Assembly: GCA_048885865.1 (NCBI GenBank)
Contig: JBHLLF010000051.1
Location: forward strand, 1 to 16,774
Length of the DNA stretch: 16,774 nucleotides
Reading direction: 5' to 3'
Origin: Candidatus Hermodarchaeota archaeon
GTDB taxonomy: Archaea > Asgardarchaeota > Thorarchaeia > Thorarchaeales > Thorarchaeaceae
Part shown: positions 8,372 through 15,890 of the stretch, in pieces
How positions within the stretch are numbered: the first letter of the stretch is position 1
How the letters are laid out: each line of letters begins with the position of its first letter
Notes under the pieces: model-generated
What the model was told of the DNA's origin: nothing
Database searches by the model: none
Seen by the model: the letters and a program-made list of their open reading frames with translations, nothing else
Translations under genes and position numbers: made by a program

Positions 8372-9925
8372 TCAGCTGATGTCAGGTGCAGCTTCTGATT
8401 GTCGCTGTACTAGTAGTTGAAGAGAGGGCTTTTTGGTTCTGATTGGAAGAAGACTTTGCCAGGCATCCCGATTATTGATACACCCAGGATCTGGTCCGAG
8501 ATAATCATTGAAGTAACCTAAAGCCCTTGCGCGGCAACCACCACAGACATTTCTAGACTCACACGATCCGCATGCTCCTTTCAAGAGGTCCTTATTCCGC
8601 AAATCACCTAGAATGTCTGAGTTGGCCCATAGGTCATGGAAGTCGTCATTCAGTATATTACCAACGCGCACCTCAGGAATGTGCGGAAAGAAAACACAGG
8701 GATAGATGTCTCCATTTGGCTCAATAGCTACATAGAACCGACCAGCGCCGCAGCCGCCGATGAACTCCGAGAGATCTTTCATCTGAAAAGGCAAACGAGC
8801 ATTGAAAAAGTGAGTGGGGTACACCTGACTGCCGGCATTGGGGGCGGAAGGAGTACACATTCTAGAGGCTGCCTTCCGGGCAAGGCGACCTAGCTGTGGT
8901 GCTGTGGTCAGCACTTCCAGGCTCTCGGGTTCTTTTGATGCAATCATCTCCAGAATTTTCTGAAGCATGCTCTCTCTTTCATCTGGAGTGAGATCAGAAT
9001 CAAGGATATCAAGCCCTCGACCAGTGGGTACAAAGTTATAGACCATGAACCACTTAGCCCTAAGATTTCTGCCGAGTTTAATGGTGTCGTGGAGTTCGGC
9101 AAGATTGTGATGTGTGGCAGTCATTGCAATCTCAACGAAAAAACCCTCTGCCACACAATTTTTGATTCCCTGAATTGCTTTTTCAAAAGCTCCAGATACA
9201 CCCCGAAAACTATCATGAGTTTGTGGGTTAGCTCCATCAAGGCTAATTTGAACAAACTTCAGCCCTGCTCTCTTGAAGTTCTTCACACGCTCGAGATTTG
9301 AGAAGGTATAACCATTGGTTGCCATCGCGACATATATCCCCCTTCTTGTCGCGCTTTTGATTAGTTCCAAGATGTCTGGCCTTAGAGTAGGCTCGCCTCC
9401 AGAGAATGCCAGGAACACAACTCCTGCGTCTGCTAGCTTGTCTATACATTCAAGAGCGTCCTTCGTGGACATCTCATCTGCAGTTCTTTCTCCAGCGCTT
9501 TCGTAGCAGTGCTTACATCTTAGATTACATGCTTTGGTGATGTTCCATACAACCTGAAAGGGTGACCCAGGAACAAATGGAGTTCTTGCACCAAACTTGA
9601 CCAGACCTGATATTACACTTGACAGCGATCTTCTGAAGATGGGGTCACCCAGGCCACCTATGATTGAATCAAGGTCAGTGCCGAAGGTGTCTGCACCTGC
9701 AGAGATAAACCGGCGGATGAGCTTTGCTGCAAGTCTACATGATAAGCAACCTTTCATTCTTGTTCCTGCAATTAGGTCAAGTGCAACATTGATTCGCCTA
9801 TCACCACATGCTCTACATTTCTTTGTAATCCTGCCTAAAATTGGCCTTACTAAACGGCTCTTTGAAACCGATTCCAATAATTCTGCCCTTGTGACTTCTT
9901 CATTCACACTTTCCGTCAACGACAC
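8372..9925 (-). CDS. Radical SAM/SPASM-domain protein with a Cys-containing N-terminal extension (Gms-like candidate)
   Basis: CNLRCKHC motif, FSGGEP and QISLDG. C-terminal SPASM cysteines GCGAG...YPC...CGSC...CGGCR...DPGC. The ~120-aa N-terminal extension has CRAC and CLSC. GTG start. Confidence 0.93.
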   Translation of the reverse strand: MSLTESVNEEVTRAELLESVSKSRLVRPILGRITKKCRACGDRRINVALDLIAGTRMKGCLSCRLAAKLIRRFISAGADTFGTDLDSIIGGLGDPIFRRSLSSVISGLVKFGARTPFVPGSPFQVVWNITKACNLRCKHCYESAGERTADEMSTKDALECIDKLADAGVVFLAFSGGEPTLRPDILELIKSATRRGIYVAMATNGYTFSNLERVKNFKRAGLKFVQISLDGANPQTHDSFRGVSGAFEKAIQGIKNCVAEGFFVEIAMTATHHNLAELHDTIKLGRNLRAKWFMVYNFVPTGRGLDILDSDLTPDERESMLQKILEMIASKEPESLEVLTTAPQLGRLARKAASRMCTPSAPNAGSQVYPTHFFNARLPFQMKDLSEFIGGCGAGRFYVAIEPNGDIYPCVFFPHIPEVRVGNILNDDFHDLWANSDILGDLRNKDLLKGACGSCESRNVCGGCRARALGYFNDYLGPDPGCINNRDAWQSLLPIRTKKPSLQLLVQRQSEAAPDIS

Positions 9926-9964
9926 CTACTTGGTTTAGTCATCCAAGGCGGGGGCATTGAAACG

Positions 9965-10558
9965 CTAGCCGCTACCATCGGATTCGAGAATGCCCCCTGT
10001 GAAAACATCGAGGAAATTATCAAAGGCCTTCTCATGGTCATCGATGAATTCTTCACCAAAGAGGAGTTCCGCCATCCGGCTGAAAGAAATATAGCTTAGG
10101 AGAATGAGTGAAGCAGCTTTGGGATCTATCTTCCGGACAGTACCTTTCCGAATCTGCTCCTCAAAGTATTCTGTCAAATTCTTCAAGATTCGCTGGGGGA
10201 CTGAAGACAGTGACTCAGCGACCGAGGGTAATCTCAGTCCTTCGGCATACTGCAAAATCAAGAGGTCCTGTTCTTTTCTTGTGAACTTTATCAGATTGTG
10301 TCCAAATGCTCGAAGAGCGTTCTGGACAAACGAGTCTTTATCCAAATCAAAGATAGGTTCTAGGGATGCGAGTGCGTTTGCTTCAGTATTGGCTATGACC
10401 GTTTTCATCAATCTGTCCTTAGTCTTATACTTCCTGAACAATGTGACCTCGTTCACACCTGCGTTCTCTGCAATCCTCTTTGTCGTTGCGGCTTTGTAGC
10501 CCTGCTGCACAAAGAGGTTCTTTGCTGCTTCCAGGACTCTTTCCTCGATTGATTTCAT
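9965..10558 (-). CDS. TetR/AcrR-family transcriptional regulator
   Basis: N-terminal HTH AAKNLFVQQGYKAATTKRIAENAGVNEVTLFRKYKTKDRL; 197 aa, typical length for the family. Confidence 0.95.
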   Translation of the reverse strand: MKSIEERVLEAAKNLFVQQGYKAATTKRIAENAGVNEVTLFRKYKTKDRLMKTVIANTEANALASLEPIFDLDKDSFVQNALRAFGHNLIKFTRKEQDLLILQYAEGLRLPSVAESLSSVPQRILKNLTEYFEEQIRKGTVRKIDPKAASLILLSYISFSRMAELLFGEEFIDDHEKAFDNFLDVFTGGILESDGSG

Positions 10559-10560
10559 TT

Positions 10561-10590
10561 ATGCAAGTAAGTGCTTGCTTGCATTATAAG
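10561..10590 (-). promoter_or_regulatory. TetR operon promoter: TATA box plus 24-bp palindromic operator
   Basis: ATGCAAGTAAGT|GCTTGCTTGCAT (10561-10584; arms match at 10/12) lies between CTTATAA (10590-10584, minus strand) and the tetR ATG at 10558. Confidence 0.82.
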
Positions 10591-10791
10591 TGTGTTTCTT
10601 AGAGCAAGATTCAATCCAGACCGTCCCTTGCTGAGAAAGGTATGACTCAAAAGCACAAAAAGCGACTGTTTAACGCTTCTGCCATGGGTGGCCGTAGATT
10701 CGAAGAACAGCCATCTAAAAAACGATTGCGAAACATCAATCCAAAAATGAAAGCACTTAAGCAGAGATACATGTTAGACTGCCTGATTCAA

Positions 10792-11223
10792 ATGGAACCA
10801 CTGAATCCGTCTGACGAGTCTTCGTTACGTAGTGCTAGACGAATAGGGATTGTCTTTCTCGCTTATGCCATTGGGCTGCCGCTGATCATAATCGCACTGG
10901 GGCCTCAGTTGCCACCTAGCACCGGTCCATACATGCTTTCATGGGTATTGATGGCTCTGATGCCTGTCGAGATCCTTCTCATCTATGTGTTCTATTGGTT
11001 CTTTAGTAAAAGCGGCAGGTCCCAGAATATTATGGGTCCATCAGTACTCATGTATACGGTTGCATCCACTCCATCCATCTATGCGTTCATAATCGGTTTC
11101 ACTGACTCAGCTCTATCGCTCTTAGCAATTCCATTGGGATTAATGTTCTCTCTTGTAGGCCTCTGGCTTGCTTCTATGTTCATATCCAAACTGTGGTCAT
11201 CTTTACAGGAATTCGATCAGTAG
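10792..11223 (+). CDS. Small 4-TM hypothetical membrane protein
   Basis: Four hydrophobic segments. ATG at 10792 (MEPLNPSD) is preferred over 10642 because AAAGCACTTAAG (BRE/TATA-like, 10750-10761) lies 30 nt upstream. The stop is just before the right direct repeat. Confidence 0.72.
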   Translation: MEPLNPSDESSLRSARRIGIVFLAYAIGLPLIIIALGPQLPPSTGPYMLSWVLMALMPVEILLIYVFYWFFSKSGRSQNIMGPSVLMYTVASTPSIYAFIIGFTDSALSLLAIPLGLMFSLVGLWLASMFISKLWSSLQEFDQ

Positions 11224-11234
11224 CGAATTCTGAT

Positions 11235-11255
11235 TTCAAATCTCTCTCGGTCCAC
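11235..11255 (+). repeat. Right direct repeat (attR-like; displaced tRNA-Ala 3' fragment)
   Basis: TTCAAATCTCTCTCGGTCCAC, intergenic. 20/21 identical to 5942-5962, and 23/26 over 11232-11257 vs 5939-5964. Confidence 0.85.
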
Positions 11256-11268
11256 TACTTCATCATTC

Positions 11269-11727
11269 TCAGTAGCCCTTTCTACCGTGGGCATAGGATT
11301 CCAGAACTACTCTCCCTTCACTTGTAGCGCAATCTCTACATGTCACTTGGCCTTCAAAGGCAACTTTGTATCCAACATGCGCTGTACTACTTGATTCTTG
11401 GTTTATAGATACGACACGACCGCAAGAGGTTAGGTATAATCCGACCTCTGTTCCTTCTTTCCTTATTTCTCCCATGTGTGTTGGCCCACCGTCCTTCACA
11501 AGTAGCGGCACTGGCTCTTCGAATCTTTGGAGAAGATCCACTCCTGCAGCTATCATGCTAAGACCTAAAAGAGCGATTAGGGGCACCAATGCGGCTTCAC
11601 GCGGCAGGGGGCCATATTCGCCAGTGTAGGAAAGCAAAGTATACGTTCCATAGCCAAAAAGCAAGAAGACAGGGGTCCCAATGATTGCTAGTCCTTTCCC
11701 AATTAGGCGAACCAAACGTTTCTTCAA
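11269..11727 (-). CDS. Hypothetical protein with two TM helices and a C-terminal putative Zn-binding domain
   Basis: Two hydrophobic helices, then THMG...TSCG...VTCRDC. The TTG start is uncertain. Confidence 0.7.
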   Translation of the reverse strand: MKKRLVRLIGKGLAIIGTPVFLLFGYGTYTLLSYTGEYGPLPREAALVPLIALLGLSMIAAGVDLLQRFEEPVPLLVKDGGPTHMGEIRKEGTEVGLYLTSCGRVVSINQESSSTAHVGYKVAFEGQVTCRDCATSEGRVVLESYAHGRKGY

Positions 11728-11780
11728 GATGACCCTCTGGTTGTATATTGGTCAAATCTTGATATCATGTTTTCGCTAAA

Positions 11781-12905
11781 TCATAGCCTTTCATTTTGCT
11801 TGGGTTGTTGAGTCCAATTCAGAATCACATCAATCACCAGGGGGATATTTCCAACCTGACAATGATTTGAGGCATGCTCCTCAGGACTAAAGAGGCGTGT
11901 CGTCACAGATCGTGCAGTAACTAAACCTTGCTTGGTCCTCTCAAGTTCACCTGGAAAAATCAGATGGTCTGTTGCTCCTGCCAGTAGAAGCACATCTTGT
12001 TCGACCTTGTCTGCGATGCTTATTGTGGAGTACTTATCCAATGAGAAACCCCATTCATGGGGGGTTTCTGCACCAGTGACATCTAGCCACTGGTTGATTA
12101 GAAATCTAGCTGTGACACTGCGACTCATAGCGAATCCTACAACTCTATTATAGAAGTTAGGATGATTCTTCAGGAAACGGGTTAACCAGCTCTCAGGATT
12201 GAGATGTTGGTATACATAGACATCAAGCGCCACCACCTGAGAAATCCTTGGTTCAAATGCTGCAGCGCGCAGAGCAAGAAATCCGCCTAACGAAATGCCA
12301 ATGAGAGTGATATCAGAGAGGTTAAAGTAATCCAGAATTGCTGAGGTTGGTTTTTCCCACTCATGAGTTAGTTTCATGCCATATCTTCTAAGTGTCTTCC
12401 CTTGACCGGGACCTTCAAAGAGAATGACCTCACATCCTCTATTTGCGAATATCTTTGCCATGGTGTAGAATTCTTCTATGAACGAGTCCAATCCTCCGTG
12501 AATGACAACAGTTCGATAGGCATCCGGCGGTGTCAGCCTCAGTACGTGCAGATATCCAAATTCGAATGGCACCTCGGAGATTTTGAGGCTAGGATCCTCG
12601 ATGTTATCATAGAACAGAGTTTGAAATCTCTCATAGAGTTCCAGTTTGTCTGCATCATCACTAAATGTGAAGAATTCAGCTGCACGGTAATAGAACGCCG
12701 CGTTGATCATTCGGTTTTCGAATTCAGCCTTTTCAGCTAGACCTATCATCTCTCGCTTCCAGTCATCGAAATTCTTGATGCTCGCTGCGACACTCTCAAA
12801 GTCCTCAGCACGAGCAAAGCCTAGAGACACCCATCTGTTCATCTGGAAATTGAAGTGCTTGTCCTTGTGAAAGGAGTGATAGCCAATTGGGAGGTCGAAC
12901 TCCAT
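11781..12905 (-). CDS. Alpha/beta-fold serine hydrolase (FrsA / 2,6-dihydroxypseudooxynicotine hydrolase-like family)
   Basis: Nucleophile elbow GISLGG, plus HGGLDSFIEE, FEGPGQG, YYRAAEFF and C-terminal NHCQVGN. TATA-like CTTATA 23 nt upstream on the minus strand. Confidence 0.92.
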   Translation of the reverse strand: MEFDLPIGYHSFHKDKHFNFQMNRWVSLGFARAEDFESVAASIKNFDDWKREMIGLAEKAEFENRMINAAFYYRAAEFFTFSDDADKLELYERFQTLFYDNIEDPSLKISEVPFEFGYLHVLRLTPPDAYRTVVIHGGLDSFIEEFYTMAKIFANRGCEVILFEGPGQGKTLRRYGMKLTHEWEKPTSAILDYFNLSDITLIGISLGGFLALRAAAFEPRISQVVALDVYVYQHLNPESWLTRFLKNHPNFYNRVVGFAMSRSVTARFLINQWLDVTGAETPHEWGFSLDKYSTISIADKVEQDVLLLAGATDHLIFPGELERTKQGLVTARSVTTRLFSPEEHASNHCQVGNIPLVIDVILNWTQQPKQNERL

Positions 12906-13087
12906 GTGTCACAAGAGGAGCAAAAGCGTATAAGAATGACTGGAATCCAATTGCCTGGAGGGCTCCTCATAAAACACCGAGATCTAATGATGATAGGCTC
13001 ACTTGTCCTCTTTGCGGCTTGAGATGCTTCCTCGATAGTAGTCTGTTCGACCACTATGCCTATTCTTGCTCCCAAATGCGACAGTGA
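12887..13087 (+). other. Possible zinc-finger micro-ORF or gene remnant (CPxCG...H...C)
   Basis: CPLCG-x8-L-x2-H-x4-C spacing starting at 13004. There is no convincing in-frame start codon, and the TTG at 12887 overlaps the hydrolase gene. Confidence 0.3.
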
Positions 13088-13337
13088 TGCCTGCTAGAAA
13101 AATAGTCGTGATAATGATTGACAACAAGACTAGTACTTCGATCATCCCACTCTCATGATATTATTCGAATTTGAGCTAATAAACAATTGGCCTTTTTTTC
13201 AATCATCTGTCATAAAGCAATCCTTAAGAGGGGTGGTTCTTGCCTCCGGGTTTAACTCACACAGGGAACTAGGCTGTTGACTTTCCATCAATTGAAGGAG
13301 GACTTGGCGCCTAGATCAATCAGTGGTGATACACATT

Positions 13338-15704
13338 ATGCAATTATTCGAGACATTCAACGGTATGGTCTTAATCGAGCAGATCATGATCTTGACGGTC
13401 ATTCTAGCTGCCATAGCCAGTCTCGTGTATGCCTGGTGGCTCAGAAAAGGCGTCTTGGAATTGCCCAAAGGTACTGAGCAAATGCAGAAGGTGTGGAACG
13501 GAATCAGGGAAGGTGCTTTGTCTTATCTCCATAGACAACTGAGGACGATTTTACCAATATTGGTTGTATTGTCAGTCCTTCTATTCTTCACCGTTTATAT
13601 TACCACACCAGAGCGAGGAACGGATATTCTATTTGGTCATACTCCAGACCAGGGACGACTTATTGTAGGAATCGGCAGGTCGTTGGCTTTTATCTTGGGT
13701 GCTAGTTTTTCGCTCATAGTTGGACAGCTCGGGATGAGGATCGCTGTTGAGTCCAACATCCGTGTTGCACAGGCTACACGTGAAGGTGAAGACCGTTACA
13801 ATCGTGCATTGACAATCTCCTATCGTGGCGGTACCTTTACAGGAATGCTGACTGACGGACTGGGTCTGATGGGAGGAACTATCATATTCATTATCTATGG
13901 AATTGCAGCACCTGATGCACTCCTGGGATTTGGTTTGGGAGGCACTCTGCTTGCTCTATTCATGAGAGTTGGAGGCGGAATCTATACCAAGGCCGCTGAT
14001 GTTGGTGCTGACCTCGTAGGCAAAGTTGAGCAAGGCTTACCAGAAGATGATCCACGAAACGCTGCAGTTGTTGCCGATCTTGTAGGTGACAATGTTGGTG
14101 ACTGTGCCGGAATGGCGGCGGACATTTTCGAGTCATATGAAGTCACCATCGTTTCCGCTCTTATTCTGGCTATAGTGCTTTACATTGACAATCCTGCGCT
14201 CCTTGTCTTTCCATTCGCTGTTGTGGTCTTTCCACTTTTTGTGAGGGCAATTGGAGTTATCTCTTCCATGATTGGCACCTTCATGGTCCCAGTCTGGCCA
14301 AGGATTCTTAGGAAGTCTGCAGTCTACGCAGAAAAAGCAATGTTTCTATCATATGAGGCATCCAGCGCTTTTACAATCATACTATCGATGACGCTTTCAT
14401 GGTTCTATGTTGGAGATCTTAGATTCGGAATACTCATTGCAGTTGGTGTCATGCTGGCTGTATCATTCAATCCAATCACGAGTTATTTCACATCGCTAAA
14501 GAAGCCTCCAGTGCAGGAGATCGTAAAGTCAGCCGACACTGGCTATGCAACATTCATACTTTCTGGCCTTGTTGCTGGATATGAGTCGACTGTTGCTGCT
14601 CTTGTGGTAATTGTTGCCACATTTGGAATCTCAGCAGTTTTGTTCTTGGCTCCAGTTGCAGCTGCGGTGCCATGGTTCATAGATGGCATCTTTGGCAATC
14701 TCTGGACACTCTACGGCATTGCCCTGATTGGTATCGGAATGCTATCACATACTGGAAACAACGTGGCGATGGACTCCTATGGTCCTATCAGTGACAATGC
14801 AGCTGGCATAGGCGAACTCTCTCCTGGGGACTTTGACGATGACGCAATGAGGACAATGGCTGAGCTCGATGCCGTTGGGAACACAACCAAGGCCATCACG
14901 AAAGGTGTTGCAATAGCCTCCGCAGTTATTGCTGCAGTAAGCCTCTTTGACAGCTTCGTTGTTGTTGCTGGAATCGAACATCTTCTCATGGACGACCCCC
15001 TAGTGTTCTCTGGTCTGCTTCTAGGTGCCGCTCTCCCATGGCTCTTCTCAGCCTTGAACATCAAGGCAGTTACTCGTGCCGCTGGTGAGATGGTCATGGA
15101 AGTGCGCAGACAGTTCAGGATACCTGGAATATTGGAGGGTACCAAGAAGCCTGACTATGATCGAGCGGTTGACATTTCTACAACTGCAGCTCAGAAGGAA
15201 CTGATTTCCCTTGTGGCTCTCACTGTTTCCATACCTATCATGGTTGGAATTCTATTCGGTGTGAGCGCTCTTGGAGGGTTCCTAGGTGGCATCATTGTTT
15301 CTGGTCAACTCCTGGCTGTGTTCATGTCGAATTCAGGTGGTGCATGGGACAACGCGAAGAAAAGCATCGAAGATGAACCATGCAGCATTGAGGGCAACAC
15401 TGGCAAAGGCTCTGAGAGGCACAAGTGCGGAGTTGTAGGCGACACAATCGGTGACCCATTGAAGGACACAGCAGGCCCCGCACTGAATCCAATGATCAAG
15501 GTAGTCAATCTCCTTGCATTGATTCTTGCTCCACTGCTGGTTCAGTTCAGTTTTGGAGCAGATTCCACAACCAATCTGATTCTTGTTGCAGTACTCTTCG
15601 CGCTGTTTCTGATGACGGTCTGGGCTATCCGCAAGAGTACCAAGCCAGCTGACTTCGGCATGGGTACTCCCGTCGAGGCTACTGCCGAAGCACAAAATGT
15701 GTAA
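13338..15704 (+). CDS. hppA: Membrane-bound proton-translocating pyrophosphatase, predicted K+-independent
   Basis: GGGIYTKAADVGADLVGKVE, EDDPRN, GDNVGD, GPISDNA, GGAWDNAKK and GDTIGDPLKDTAGP motifs. GNTTKAITKG has Lys at the K+-dependence position. ATG at 13338 with RBS GGTGAT at 13325-13330 is preferred over GTG at 13323. Confidence 0.97.
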   Translation: MQLFETFNGMVLIEQIMILTVILAAIASLVYAWWLRKGVLELPKGTEQMQKVWNGIREGALSYLHRQLRTILPILVVLSVLLFFTVYITTPERGTDILFGHTPDQGRLIVGIGRSLAFILGASFSLIVGQLGMRIAVESNIRVAQATREGEDRYNRALTISYRGGTFTGMLTDGLGLMGGTIIFIIYGIAAPDALLGFGLGGTLLALFMRVGGGIYTKAADVGADLVGKVEQGLPEDDPRNAAVVADLVGDNVGDCAGMAADIFESYEVTIVSALILAIVLYIDNPALLVFPFAVVVFPLFVRAIGVISSMIGTFMVPVWPRILRKSAVYAEKAMFLSYEASSAFTIILSMTLSWFYVGDLRFGILIAVGVMLAVSFNPITSYFTSLKKPPVQEIVKSADTGYATFILSGLVAGYESTVAALVVIVATFGISAVLFLAPVAAAVPWFIDGIFGNLWTLYGIALIGIGMLSHTGNNVAMDSYGPISDNAAGIGELSPGDFDDDAMRTMAELDAVGNTTKAITKGVAIASAVIAAVSLFDSFVVVAGIEHLLMDDPLVFSGLLLGAALPWLFSALNIKAVTRAAGEMVMEVRRQFRIPGILEGTKKPDYDRAVDISTTAAQKELISLVALTVSIPIMVGILFGVSALGGFLGGIIVSGQLLAVFMSNSGGAWDNAKKSIEDEPCSIEGNTGKGSERHKCGVVGDTIGDPLKDTAGPALNPMIKVVNLLALILAPLLVQFSFGADSTTNLILVAVLFALFLMTVWAIRKSTKPADFGMGTPVEATAEAQNV

Positions 15705-15717
15705 ACGGAGCATCATA

Positions 15718-15759
15718 AGAGGGTGGCATCTACAGCCACCTTCTCTCTGTTTTTCTTTC
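15718..15759 (+). terminator. Hairpin plus T-rich terminator after hppA
   Basis: AGAGGGTGGC-atctaca-GCCACCTTCT (10-bp stem, one G:U pair) followed by CTCTGTTTTTCTTTC. Confidence 0.7.
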
Positions 15760-15890
15760 ACTATAGTTTCAAGTTCAGTGTGAACTTCCTACAAAATGCC
15801 GCTTAATCGACATGCTTTTCTTCGGAGAATGCAATACAATATAACAAATAGGCTGTAGTCTCATGTCATCGAGGTTAGGGAGTGGAAAAT

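Larger units (their letters stand above)
5942..11255. mobile_element. ~5.3 kb tRNA-Ala-integrated genomic island, no integrase present
   Basis: Flanked by a duplication of the tRNA 3' end that starts in the T loop, the typical footprint of tyrosine-integrase insertion. Contains five intact cargo genes and no recognisable recombinase. Confidence 0.72.

Noticed and set aside
8363-8374. TGA-GGA-GGC-TAA at the end of the SPASM gene as possible selenocysteine read-through, and the C-terminal GG of the B12 enzyme as ubiquitin-like
   Set aside because: Both are explained by the GGAGG ribosome-binding site for the next gene. There is no redox motif context, recognisable SECIS or beta-grasp domain.
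10608-10627. GATTCAATCCAGACCGTCCC as a further degenerate tRNA 3' fragment
   Set aside because: Too many mismatches to the tRNA-Ala end to separate from chance.
10642-10791. 50-codon N-terminal extension of the 4-TM ORF, or an integrase remnant
   Set aside because: A TATA-like element lies inside it 30 nt before ATG 10792, and no recombinase motifs are recognisable.
5980-11223. RiPP biosynthetic cluster interpretation of the radical SAM/SPASM operon
   Set aside because: No short precursor ORF, protease or exporter lies in the island, and the gaps between operon genes are too small to hold one. Not excluded if the precursor is encoded elsewhere.
13277-13477. 66-aa ORF overlapping the hppA start
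   Set aside because: Out-of-frame overlap with a conserved gene, TTG start and no recognisable motifs.
13225-15726. TAAGAGGG(G)TGG found both upstream (13225-13236) and downstream (15716-15726) of hppA as flanking direct repeats
   Set aside because: Short and gapped. The copies overlap a TATA-like element and a terminator stem, so chance is likely.
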